Position numbers and translations under genes: made by a program | NCBI GenBank assembly: GCA_963666425.2 | Contig: OY762825.2 | Span: forward strand, 2,208,001 to 2,272,000 | Source of the DNA: Bacillota bacterium | GTDB taxonomy: Bacteria > Bacillota > JAAYKD01 | Direction of reading: 5' to 3' | DNA length: 64,000 nucleotides | Part shown: positions 41,188-51,152 of the stretch, piece after piece | Layout of the letters: each line of letters opens with the position of its first letter | How positions within the stretch are numbered: the stretch's first letter is position 1 | The notes under the pieces: model-generated | Told to the model about the DNA's origin: nothing | Databases searched by the model: none | Seen by the model: the letters and a program-made list of their open reading frames with translations, nothing else

Positions 41188-42101
41188 ATGGATGGAAAAG
41201 TAATTCTCGCTGCATGGAATTTACAGCAAAGTCAAATTAAGCAAATCTATGCTACAACTTGGCAGGTTGACGAACATTTTATTCTAAAACATACAGAGAA
41301 TAAAGAACAGCTGCAGCGCAGCATAGTAATTATGCACGGATTAAGTCAACTGGGTATTCCGGTTGCATTACCAATCCCCACGATAACAGGGGAAGAATAC
41401 CTGACAAGTGGAGATAGTGATTTCTGGTTGTTAATGAATCAATTACCTGGCGATCACATCCAAGGGATCTATGAGGGCGACTCAGAGAAAACCGCCTATC
41501 GATTGGGTGAAATTCTGGCGGAACTGCATCAGGCTCTTCGTCAATTACCCATGGTATCAGGAGTCAAGGATCATGACTTTACAATTGAAATGAGCGGTTG
41601 GGTCTATGAAGTTTATCAGCAAAAAGCACAGCGACTGGTTCCGTCAGAAAAAGTAGAAGCTATGCTTGCTGAGCTAAAGCAGATTTATCCCCAGCTGCCG
41701 CGTCAATTGATTCACGTGATCCTCACTTGGGTAATTTGCTGTTCTGTGAAGGCATACTTACCGGATATATTGATTTTGATTTGAGTCAAGTCAATGCTCG
41801 TTGTTTTGATTTGGCGTATTTCACACTCGGCTGGCTGATCAATCACTTCAATACGCAAGAAGAGGGCGCGCAATGGTTGAAACTATTGGCTGCAGCCGTA
41901 AGTGGTTACCATGGTAAGCTCCCTTTGACAGAGGCAGAGAAGCAGGCCATGATCTGGATGATGTTGAATATAGAATTGCTTTTTGTCTCTTATTTTACTC
42001 AAAAAGAAATGACGGAGGCTGCAGAAAATGCGGCTGCGATGGTCATCTGGTTGTGGAATCATCAGAAAGAGATCAATGCTGTCGTATTTGCATCTGTCTG
42101 A
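41188..42101 (+). pseudogene. APH/homoserine-kinase-type phosphotransferase split by a frameshift
   Basis: ORF1 ends ...RQLIH and ORF2 resumes DPHLGNLLF...YIDFD; one base is missing at about 41716 (CAC GT GAT). Confidence 0.85.
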
Positions 42102-42218
42102 AGAAAAGGCAGCGGATCGCCAGCTCTACCTAAGGCAGAATATTCTTTACAGAATAAAGAATCATAGTCCATCATGCTTTTTTCTAACACCGTTCGTAGA
42201 TAACAATAAGGGGATATC

Positions 42219-43457
42219 ATGGATCATTACCAAAATAATTATAAGCATAATATCAGAGGAGGCTTGCTGGGCACTTTTGTGATGGGATCCGCCAGTTACG
42301 CAGCGACTTTTCTCAAAGCGCTGGGTGGAACGGATCTCCATTTTGCTATGCTGAATGCCTTGCCCGCGATGATTGCTGTTTTAGCACTGATTCCCGGGGC
42401 GATGTTGATTGACAATGCCAAAAACAAATTGAAGACTGTTTTGATCATTTGTTTGATCTCGCGCCTGTTTTTTTTATTCTATGCGGCGATTCCGCTTTTA
42501 CCGCCTGTTCTGCAGCCGCTGGCCTTGGTTTTTTTAATCGGACTGCGCAATGCACCGGAATCGATTTGGCTGATCGGCTATCAATCGCTAATTGGCGATG
42601 TTTTCCCCATGGCTCACCTGAATGAGATCATCGGCAAACGCAACAAATATAACAGCTTGCTGACCATCGGCGCTACTTTTTTGTTGGGAATTTTTCTTTC
42701 TTTGAATGAACGGTTTGCCATCAGTAATTTCACCTTGTTTGAAATTCTCTTCGTCTTTACCTTCCTGGTCGGTTTGACGGAAATTTATCAATATAAACAA
42801 TTTGCTTTTCTGCAAAAGCCGCCTGCCAAGGGAGATCTTCTTGGTAAGAAACTGCTTGGTATCATCAGGACATTGCCAAAACACCCGCAATATGTTCGTT
42901 ATTGTTCGACAGTGATCGTCTTTTATCTTGGTTGGCAAATGGCTTGGCCGCTCTACAGCATTTATCAGTTGAATGTGCTGCAGGCAAATGCAGCTTGGAT
43001 TGGCTATTTTACAATTGTCTCAACCATCACTCAGGTAATCACGATTGAACTCTGGATCAGATTGAGCAGAAAAATCGGCAGTCAGTTCGTGCTTGGAATT
43101 TGTATGTTCCTGATGGCAATTTCTCCTTGTGTCTATGCCCTCAGCGCTACGCTTCCTATGCTTTTATTGGCGCAGATCGTGGTAGGCAGCGGGACAGGCG
43201 GAGTGCTCTTCCTGGTATTCAATGAATTGATCTATGTTTGTCCGCAAGAAAATCGAACGCTGTATATTTCTCTTTTCACCTGTCTGACTCAAATCACCGG
43301 CTCGATCATGCCCTTTGTAGGTACTTACATCAAACAACTCTGGTCGATTTACGCAGCTCTCTATCTCAGCGCTGCAATTCGCTTCGTAGGCGCCGCAATT
43401 TTCCTGTGGGCTTGCAATCGAAATCTAAGGAAAACCGATAAAGCGAAGCAAGCATAA
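42219..43457 (+). CDS. MFS transporter
   Basis: About 12 TM; paralog of 45284-46648. Confidence 0.85.
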   Translation: MDHYQNNYKHNIRGGLLGTFVMGSASYAATFLKALGGTDLHFAMLNALPAMIAVLALIPGAMLIDNAKNKLKTVLIICLISRLFFLFYAAIPLLPPVLQPLALVFLIGLRNAPESIWLIGYQSLIGDVFPMAHLNEIIGKRNKYNSLLTIGATFLLGIFLSLNERFAISNFTLFEILFVFTFLVGLTEIYQYKQFAFLQKPPAKGDLLGKKLLGIIRTLPKHPQYVRYCSTVIVFYLGWQMAWPLYSIYQLNVLQANAAWIGYFTIVSTITQVITIELWIRLSRKIGSQFVLGICMFLMAISPCVYALSATLPMLLLAQIVVGSGTGGVLFLVFNELIYVCPQENRTLYISLFTCLTQITGSIMPFVGTYIKQLWSIYAALYLSAAIRFVGAAIFLWACNRNLRKTDKAKQA

Positions 43458-43554
43458 CAAAAAGCCCGACAGATGAAAAATCTGATATGCTCCCCATAGA
43501 GTAGACACTCGAAATAACAAAAAGTTCGAGACTACACAATGGGGAGCTATTATT

Positions 43555-44232
43555 ATGCAAAAAACGAAAGCAACATCAGAAGAAAAGATCAAAGCTGTAG
43601 AAGCAAATCTAGCTGGAGAAGGAAGCCAAGCAGAATGGGCAAAGAAATTCGGGATAGATGAATCATCCTTTCGTCAATGGGTACGAAACTACAAATCAAT
43701 GGGACGAGATGGGCTTAGGCCACAAAAAAACAATAAGAAATATACAATAGAAATGAAGCAGGAAGCCGCACTTGCCTATCTTTCAGGGAAAGGGAGTCAA
43801 ACCGAAATTTGCGAAAGATACAAAATTCGAGCGAACCGGCAATTGCAAACTTGGATAAAGATGTATAATGGTCATAAAGAATTCCGCGCTTCCAGCGGTA
43901 AAGGGAGTGAACTCTATATGACCAGGGGGAGAAAGACGACACGGGAGGAACGAGTTGAGATCGTTAGCTATTGCATAGAGCAAAATAAAGATTATGCTGA
44001 GACGATTGAAAAATATGACGTCAGCTACCAACAAATCTATGCTTGGGTAAAGAAGTATGAAGAACGCGGTGTAGATGGTCTCTCAGACAAACGGGGAAAA
44101 CGGAAAGTAGAAGCTGAAATGACGGAGATAGAGAAGCTACGCGCTGAACACCGACTCCTAACAGCAAGGAACAAAAGACTGGAATTGGAAAATGCTGTCC
44201 TAAAAAAACTCGAGGAATTGAGGAGGAGGTGA
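43555..44232 (+). CDS. IS3 transposase OrfA (tandem HTH and leucine zipper)
   Basis: Repeated HTH blocks (QWVRNY, TWIKMY, AWVKKY) and LELENAVLKKL; slippery A7 run at 44202-44208. Confidence 0.93.
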   Translation: MQKTKATSEEKIKAVEANLAGEGSQAEWAKKFGIDESSFRQWVRNYKSMGRDGLRPQKNNKKYTIEMKQEAALAYLSGKGSQTEICERYKIRANRQLQTWIKMYNGHKEFRASSGKGSELYMTRGRKTTREERVEIVSYCIEQNKDYAETIEKYDVSYQQIYAWVKKYEERGVDGLSDKRGKRKVEAEMTEIEKLRAEHRLLTARNKRLELENAVLKKLEELRRR

Positions 44233-45131
44233 CGTTAAGCGGAGTTCGACAGCAAAGTTTATATGTTTGTGTAGAAGGCTTTGCAGAAGAAAACTCCTCT
44301 GTTGCGGAGATCTGTGACATCTTGGAATTAAATCGTTCCAGTTACTACAAATGGACACACAGGGAAAAGAGTCAAAACGAACTGGAGAACGAAAAACTCA
44401 TCCATGAAATTGGATTGATTTATGCCAAGAATAACAGTACGTTTGGATATCGGAGAATTGCTGATGAATATAATGGAAACGAAAAGCACACACAAAAATA
44501 TAACTACAAACGGTTTTACAGATTGACGCAGCTAGTGGGATTGCAGTCCGTCATCCGTCGTAAGCGACCAGCTTACCAAAGATCTAAACCAGAGGTTACG
44601 GCAGAAAACATTCTGAATCGTGAATTCACTGCTGAAAAGCAAAATGAAAAATGGCTGACTGATGTAACCGAGATGAAATACAACCATAACATGGAGAAAC
44701 TCTATTTGAGTGCGATCCTGGATTTAAAGGGAAGAGATATTGTTTCTTTTGCCATTGGGCACAGTAACAATAACCAATTGGTCTTTGACACCTTTGACTT
44801 AGCAGTCCAAAGATATCCGAATGCTCATCCCTTGTTTCATAGTGACCGCGGATTTCAATATACGAGTAAGTCTTTTAAGAGAAAACTGGACCTTGCAGAA
44901 ATGACGCAAAGCATGTCTCGTGTTGGTCGTTGCATTGACAATGGCCCAATGGAAGGCTTCTGGGGAATTCTTAAGTGTGAGATGTATTATCTAGATCAGT
45001 CTGAAGATTATGACTCTCTTGCTAAAGCAATTGAAGATTTCATTCACTATTACAATTATGAACGTCGTCAACACAAGCTGCAGAAACTAGCACCGATGAG
45101 TTACCGGAATCTATTCGAAAAAGCGGCATAA
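44229..45131 (+). CDS. IS3 transposase OrfB (DDE integrase core)
   Basis: KWLTDVTE, LYLSAILDL, HSDRGFQY, CIDNGPMEGFWG; -1 frame relative to OrfA and open from the A7 site. Confidence 0.95.
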   Translation: MTLSGVRQQSLYVCVEGFAEENSSVAEICDILELNRSSYYKWTHREKSQNELENEKLIHEIGLIYAKNNSTFGYRRIADEYNGNEKHTQKYNYKRFYRLTQLVGLQSVIRRKRPAYQRSKPEVTAENILNREFTAEKQNEKWLTDVTEMKYNHNMEKLYLSAILDLKGRDIVSFAIGHSNNNQLVFDTFDLAVQRYPNAHPLFHSDRGFQYTSKSFKRKLDLAEMTQSMSRVGRCIDNGPMEGFWGILKCEMYYLDQSEDYDSLAKAIEDFIHYYNYERRQHKLQKLAPMSYRNLFEKAA

Positions 45132-45283
45132 GTAAAACCGCAAATTTTGAATGGCTGTTTTGACGTCCATTCGAAATTTGCGGTTGCCACAGCGCGCAGC
45201 GCTGTGTTTCCTAAGAGTTTTTTGTTATTTCATCTGTCTACTTGACAGGGAGCAGTTCAATCCGCCGGGCTTTATTTTTTTTT

Positions 45284-46648
45284 TTAGACAACTTCTTCTG
45301 CGGTATGTTTTTTCTCATAACGCTGCAAAACTTTAAAGCTGGAAGCTCCGCCGACCCGCAGCAGAGCACAGATCAGGAAAGCAATTGGAAAGCCGAAAAG
45401 ATCCCTTAAGCCAACACCGACAATGGGAGCAAACACGGCCATGATATTGATAAACGTTTGATGATACGCAAGAAAACTGGTGCGGTTCTTTTCCGGCGCC
45501 GCCTCAAGTGTCGCATTAAAGAGAGAAAGCGTGACACCAGAAAAGACCATGCCGGTAATCAGATTGATGCAAGCAACAAAATACAGGCTTTTCGAAAAAG
45601 CATAGGCCAATGGAACGACGAAAATCCAAATGCCCGAAGAGAAGAGCGTGGCCAGATTACCATTCTTTTGGCTGTATCTTGTCCAGAAGCCGTAACCGAG
45701 TAAGGAACCTCCGGTATTGATCAAGCTTAATAGACTGACCCAGGTATTGTTGGCACCCAAGATCCGCACCTGATAGAGAGAGAACAAAGACCAAGGGATC
45801 ATCATGGCAAAATTGAAGCAAAGAGAAGCGGCGCAGAAGCGCAGAAAACGCTTTTCCTGCCATATTTCCTGCAGGTTTTTTTCCAGGCTTTGCAGCAGAC
45901 TCGTTTTGGCTTGAATGGTCTGTGCTCGCTGTTCAATCGCCTCATCACCCGGCAGGTCCGGTTCATCCATGCGAGAGAAGACCCAGATTTCAACCATAGT
46001 GAGCAAAAAAGAAGTGAAGAAAGCCAGTTGATAGCCAATGGGATAGGAAGCAATATCGAGGAAGCGGCCGGCGAGCAGGGTAAAACAAGTGCCGACCAAA
46101 TTCTGCATTTTATTCCTGGTAGCAATCGATTGCGGACGCAATGCCGGCGGAATGACCCGTGCGATATACGACTGCCAGGAAATCGTACTGATCGAACCGG
46201 GCAGATTCATTAAAGCGATGGTCGCTACCAGCAAAGAGGCGCGCAGACTGGGGCGAAAGAAAGGAATGCAGGCCAATAACAGATAAAAACAGCGATGAAA
46301 AAGCATGGTGATCATCGTGACTTTATGCTTCTTGGCACGTTTATCAATATAGCGTGCACCGGGGATCATCGATAAAACACTGACCAATGCCGGAGCGGAG
46401 GCGAGCAGAGCAACTTGATAATCGGTCGCACCGTTTTTAATCGCGAAGATGCTTAAAAACGGATTGACCAGATTGATCGCCATGATGGACAGGATGCCTT
46501 GCGCCACATTGATTTGCTGATTGCGTTGGAACTGTGCTTCCGATCCATCGGTGTTTTTGTTGCGTAAAAGCTGCCAAAAAGTTTGCGGGTTGGGAAAACT
46601 CAAAACTAAAACCACCTTATTTGTCGATTTTGCCGCACACGTTTCCAA
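45284..46648 (-). CDS. MFS transporter
   Basis: About 12 TM; the true start is probably downstream of 46648. Confidence 0.85.
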   Translation of the reverse strand: METCAAKSTNKVVLVLSFPNPQTFWQLLRNKNTDGSEAQFQRNQQINVAQGILSIMAINLVNPFLSIFAIKNGATDYQVALLASAPALVSVLSMIPGARYIDKRAKKHKVTMITMLFHRCFYLLLACIPFFRPSLRASLLVATIALMNLPGSISTISWQSYIARVIPPALRPQSIATRNKMQNLVGTCFTLLAGRFLDIASYPIGYQLAFFTSFLLTMVEIWVFSRMDEPDLPGDEAIEQRAQTIQAKTSLLQSLEKNLQEIWQEKRFLRFCAASLCFNFAMMIPWSLFSLYQVRILGANNTWVSLLSLINTGGSLLGYGFWTRYSQKNGNLATLFSSGIWIFVVPLAYAFSKSLYFVACINLITGMVFSGVTLSLFNATLEAAPEKNRTSFLAYHQTFINIMAVFAPIVGVGLRDLFGFPIAFLICALLRVGGASSFKVLQRYEKKHTAEEVV

Positions 46649-46851
46649 ATCAGAAAGGGGGGAAGAGAATCATCATTTGCTTCCGGTGCAGCATTTTGAG
46701 TAAGTATGATAATTTTCGCCCGGACACCCTGACCTCAAACTGGCACGAATCAAAGCTTTGTTCAAAGACAAGATTATCTAAAAAACAGCACCCGGTTCGC
46801 TTTACGCCGGGTGCCTTCATGTTGCGTCACGCGCAGCAGTTCGTTCTATTT

Positions 46852-47286
46852 TCAGCCGCAATCCTCTTCAGCATCAGCAAGACCTTTGTCCAGCAATTCT
46901 TCTACTTTTTCGGCTACGAAACGCACATATTCGGCGCATTGCTTTTTGGCATTGCTTTCCGGTTTGAGCTTCAAACAGCTTTCCGCCCCGAATTTGTCCG
47001 TGAAAGCTTCATATAAAGCTTTGCCGTATTCTTTCATTTCGTCCTTGCGTGCTTCATTTAAGTTACGGCCAAACCAGCGGCCCAGCGTCAGCATGCCGCC
47101 TGTCAAGGCGCCGCAGACGGAGCCCACACTCATCCCACCGGAAAAAGCGCCGGCCATATGATTTCCTGCATCCATTTCTTCTGCGGTTAAATCATCGGCT
47201 TCGGCTAAAGCAATATAAACGGATTCTGAACAGCTGAAGCCTTTCTCCAGATAGAGCTCAACTGCACGATTGCCTGTTTTTGACAT
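46852..47286 (-). CDS. C-GCAxxG-C-C family putative redox protein
   Basis: FSCSESV, FSGGM...VCGALTGG, FGAESC, C-terminal C; start MSKTG at 47286 after GAAAGGA. Confidence 0.85.
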   Translation of the reverse strand: MSKTGNRAVELYLEKGFSCSESVYIALAEADDLTAEEMDAGNHMAGAFSGGMSVGSVCGALTGGMLTLGRWFGRNLNEARKDEMKEYGKALYEAFTDKFGAESCLKLKPESNAKKQCAEYVRFVAEKVEELLDKGLADAEEDCG

Positions 47287-47495
47287 GGAAACCATCCTTT
47301 CTATACCCAAAATCATACGCATTGCGTAGATCATTTAGCTGAGATTATAACATGGATTGAGTCAAAATGCAATTCGGAATCCGATCGGGTTCTGGTATAA
47401 AAAGGAGAAAGAAGGACTCAGGAAGCTTTGTCCAGAAAAGAATATATTCAATCTGAAGATAAGCACAAGCCGCTAGAGAAAAGAGGTGTCAAACC

Positions 47496-48947
47496 ATGAG
47501 CACAAAAAACAAAGCGATCATTTATGATTTACGCTTCATTCAGCAAGTAGAGGATTTGTTGACAGAAGCACTGTCGCGGCAGGATTTACAACAAATCAAG
47601 ACACAGCCTGTCAATCAGCTGATTGAAATGATGGAAGCACGGCCCGCGGATTTTTTAGCCGCTCTGGTGATGCAGTTTCGTAAACCATATGAACAGAAGC
47701 GGCTGAATTTCTTGGCTTGGCTGATGACAGAAGGCGATCTGCCGGGTGTGGAGGAAGCTTTATATCGGGTGATGGGCAATCCGAAAATCCCGGATATGCA
47801 GCGGATGGCGGCAGCAACGATTCTGACGGACTTGGGTGAGAACGTCGATAAAGAAGAATTATTGCTGTCATTACAGGACTCTATGTCGATTTTAAGATAT
47901 TATTACGACGAGTATTTACGTGCGATTGCCGATGAGGATGAAAACCTGGATAAGCTGGCAGAGGAATTCTGCGATTTGGATGAGGAGCTGCAGATTGAGT
48001 GTATGGCAGCCATCTCTCAGCAAAAAACAAAGCGCGCCGCTATGTTCCTTTGGCTGCTCAGTTTACAGCGGGAAGAGTGGTATCAGGAAGAAGCCTATGA
48101 TTTGCACCGGAAACTTGTCCTGCTTGGTGTTCCATTTTTGGATCCTGTGCAGCGCATGAAGGAAAGCGTGCCAATTAGTCTGAAAATTAGTCATAGCAGA
48201 GACGATTGCTTGGTTCTAATCCTGCTGGCTTGGCAGACTGAGGGCTTTGTGGAGTACGTTTATTTCTATCTCAACGCTTATATGCAGGAAGGTCGCGGCA
48301 TCCAATTTAATAGCGAGAGAGTGCCAATCAAGCAATTCTATGCTTATTTTGAACATGCCAGATTTAACACGGACATCAAAATGCAGGATACTGATCTGCT
48401 GACCTGTCGCTATTTATTGGCAGATGCGGTAGCACTTGCCGAGGCGAGCCAGCGTAATGTGGAGCTGCCCATGAAATACCATTGGCTGATTGAAGAACTG
48501 GCAGAAAAAAAAGATGCAGACTACCAGGTATTCAATCGTTCTCTGTATCGCTGCAAATTAGGTCCGAAGAATTTGCTGACGATTTTTTGCAGAGCTTGGG
48601 GCAGCCAGGATTGGGGAATGCTCTGGGATTTATATGAACCAAGCGCAGCGCCGCTCGGGCGAATGGAATATGTGCAAGCCATGTCGGCACGTGCCATCAA
48701 AGAGAAATTGTTCTTCAGTTTTGCCGGCTTCCAGATGGCGGAGGGGAAAACCAAGAGAACGGCAGTCGTTCGCCTGGAATATCAATTAAATAGCAGCCAC
48801 TTTGAAGCCGTTTGGCATGTGCTGATCAGCAAATTGGAAACGGAGTGGTATATTAGCGAAATTCGCGATCAACAGGAAAAACCATGGCTCTTTCCTTTCC
48901 CGGAGAATTCGATGCAGGATATCTTGCGGTTACCTTTGAAACGTTGA
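47496..48947 (+). CDS. hypothetical protein (helical, HEAT-like N-terminus)
   Basis: 483-aa ORF with a GAGGTG RBS; no catalytic motif recognised. Confidence 0.7.
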   Translation: MSTKNKAIIYDLRFIQQVEDLLTEALSRQDLQQIKTQPVNQLIEMMEARPADFLAALVMQFRKPYEQKRLNFLAWLMTEGDLPGVEEALYRVMGNPKIPDMQRMAAATILTDLGENVDKEELLLSLQDSMSILRYYYDEYLRAIADEDENLDKLAEEFCDLDEELQIECMAAISQQKTKRAAMFLWLLSLQREEWYQEEAYDLHRKLVLLGVPFLDPVQRMKESVPISLKISHSRDDCLVLILLAWQTEGFVEYVYFYLNAYMQEGRGIQFNSERVPIKQFYAYFEHARFNTDIKMQDTDLLTCRYLLADAVALAEASQRNVELPMKYHWLIEELAEKKDADYQVFNRSLYRCKLGPKNLLTIFCRAWGSQDWGMLWDLYEPSAAPLGRMEYVQAMSARAIKEKLFFSFAGFQMAEGKTKRTAVVRLEYQLNSSHFEAVWHVLISKLETEWYISEIRDQQEKPWLFPFPENSMQDILRLPLKR

Positions 48948-49066
48948 CAATGAAAAGTGAAATGCTGTCGAATCGTTAAGAATTCTGATAGGGTGATAGG
49001 AATCTTGTCAGTGGGGCAGAAATGGTAAGTAGAAGCTTTGCTGATGAATTGTGAGGAGGAACGATT

Positions 49067-50182
49067 GTGGACGCAGGAAAAATCATAAAACTATTCGCCG
49101 GCACGGCAAGCCGTCGTTTGGGAGAACGAATCGTCGATCATTTAAAAACAGAATTACCGGAAACAGCAGGTCACAAACATTTGGAGAAATATCGCCTTGG
49201 TGATATTACGGTGAAAAAGTTTTCCAATGATAATACTTTTGTTAAATTGGAAGAAACAGTACGGGAAGCCGATACCTTTATCATCCAATCTTCCGGAGTA
49301 CCGGTGAATGACCGATTGATGGAATTGCTGCTGACGATCGATGCCATGCGCCGCAGTTCAGCCGGACGCATCACAGCGATCCTGCCCTATTTTCCCTACT
49401 CGCGCTCAGATAAAATCGATCAGCCCCGCATTCCGCTGACGGCCAGACTGGTAGCGGATTTAATTGAAGCGGCCGGTGCCGATCACATTGTTGTCATGGA
49501 TCTGCATGCCGACCAAATTCAGGGCTATTTTAATATTCCGGTCGATCATCTGAAGGCGACCAGTATTCTGGCTTCTTATGTCAGAGAGAATATATTAAAG
49601 GGCTTGAGTAAGAAAGAATTAGCGAGTTGGACTGTGATCTCACCGGATGCCGGCTCTGCCAAGCGTGCGCAGAGCTTTGCTTCCAAGTTAAACCTACCCT
49701 TGGCGGTTGTGCTCAAAGAACGTCAGGGTAATGAAGATGTCTCTGAAATTATGCATGTCATCGGTGATATTGATGGCAAGAACGCGATTGTCTTTGACGA
49801 TGAAATTGATACTGCCGGTTCCATGATGAACGCGATTACTGCCCTCTGTGAAAATTTTGGGGTAAAACGCGTAATCGCTGTGGCAACGCACGGGATTTTC
49901 TCCGGTGCCGCCCTGCGCCGGATTGAAGAAAATAAGTATTTGCAGGAAGTCGTGGTCACTGACACGCTGGATGTCCCAGAAAAAGGCGAGACCGTGACCA
50001 AGTGCTATTTATCCGGAGGGAAGATGGTGGAAGATCGGATTACCGTGACGAAAATCCGGGTTTGCTCTGTCTCGGAATTGTTTGCTGCTACCATCCGTTC
50101 CATTCATTTGGGAGAGAGTGTGACCCATCTCTATCAGCGCTGGGAAATTAATGATCCCACCGATAATAACGAAACCATTTAG
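49067..50182 (+). CDS. prs: ribose-phosphate pyrophosphokinase
   Basis: LMELL, PYFPYSRSDK, MDLHADQIQGYF, SPDAG, DDEIDTAGS, ATHGIFSG. Confidence 0.93.
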   Translation: MDAGKIIKLFAGTASRRLGERIVDHLKTELPETAGHKHLEKYRLGDITVKKFSNDNTFVKLEETVREADTFIIQSSGVPVNDRLMELLLTIDAMRRSSAGRITAILPYFPYSRSDKIDQPRIPLTARLVADLIEAAGADHIVVMDLHADQIQGYFNIPVDHLKATSILASYVRENILKGLSKKELASWTVISPDAGSAKRAQSFASKLNLPLAVVLKERQGNEDVSEIMHVIGDIDGKNAIVFDDEIDTAGSMMNAITALCENFGVKRVIAVATHGIFSGAALRRIEENKYLQEVVVTDTLDVPEKGETVTKCYLSGGKMVEDRITVTKIRVCSVSELFAATIRSIHLGESVTHLYQRWEINDPTDNNETI

Positions 50183-50375
50183 TCTCTGCTGCCCCGTACT
50201 GTCGGTTTGATCGGCTGCGGCCAGCGCATACAGCCGATCGCCGCGCACGATCGGCTTTTTCTATCTACTGTAATGTAAGAAAAATCAGGAAGCCATGCTC
50301 TTTTAAATGAAGCAGAGCCTGGATATAAAGCAAATTCGGATCAATGCTTGTCTAAAAGTGAAGGAGGATGCGACC

Positions 50376-51152
50376 ATGAGGAAGATGATTGACTTAAACA
50401 GCGATATGGGAGAATCTTTTGGCGCTTATCGCTATGGCGCTGACCAGGATATTGTGGAGTTTATTTCTTCTGCTAATATCGCTTGTGGCTGGCATGCCGG
50501 TGATGCGGTCGTCATGGATCAAAGCACGAAGCTATGTCGTACGCATCAAGTTGCGATGGGAGCACATCCCGGATTCCCCGATTTGCTCGGCTTTGGCCGA
50601 CGTAACATGAACTGCTCCGCAGCCGAAATCCGTGCTTATCTGATTTATCAGATCGGTGCGCTGCAGGCATTTGCACACAGCCAGGGGATTGAATTGTCAC
50701 ATGTCAAACCCCATGGCAATTTGTATAATATGGCCGGTCAGGACTTAAAGATGGCACTGGCCATCGCTGAAGGGGTAAAAGCGGTGAATCCAAAATTGAT
50801 TCTGGTTGGACTGGCCGGTTCTCAGCTTTGCCGGGCGGGTTATCAAACGGGATTGCAGGTGGCCGAAGAAGTCTTTGCCGATCGCGGTTATCGTGCGGAT
50901 GGCAGCCTTGTCCCCCGCGGCGAACCGGGGGCGATGATTGAAACTTTGCAAGAAGCGGTCAGTCGGATTGTTCATTTGGTGGAAACCGGTGAAATGATTG
51001 CCAATGACGGCAGTATCTTAAAGTTGGAAGCGCATACCGTCTGTCTGCATGGTGATACACCCGGAGCAGCGGCGTATGCCAAAGCCATCCGTCAAATGCT
51101 GACCGAAAAAGGGATTACGATCGCTCCCATGGCAGAGGTGATTCGGCAATGA
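50376..51152 (+). CDS. pxpA: 5-oxoprolinase subunit A (LamB/YcsF)
   Basis: DLNSDMGESFG, ANIACGWHAGD, HVKPHG, EVFADRGY, CLHGD. Confidence 0.95.
   Translation: MRKMIDLNSDMGESFGAYRYGADQDIVEFISSANIACGWHAGDAVVMDQSTKLCRTHQVAMGAHPGFPDLLGFGRRNMNCSAAEIRAYLIYQIGALQAFAHSQGIELSHVKPHGNLYNMAGQDLKMALAIAEGVKAVNPKLILVGLAGSQLCRAGYQTGLQVAEEVFADRGYRADGSLVPRGEPGAMIETLQEAVSRIVHLVETGEMIANDGSILKLEAHTVCLHGDTPGAAAYAKAIRQMLTEKGITIAPMAEVIRQ

Larger units (their letters stand above)
43483..45259 (+). mobile_element. IS3-family insertion sequence (1777 bp)
   Basis: IRL TGATATGCTCCCCATAGAGTAGACA; IRR reverse complement TGAACTGCTCCCTGTCAAGTAGACA; TG..CA ends; 3-bp target duplication ATC (43480-82 and 45260-62). Confidence 0.95.
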
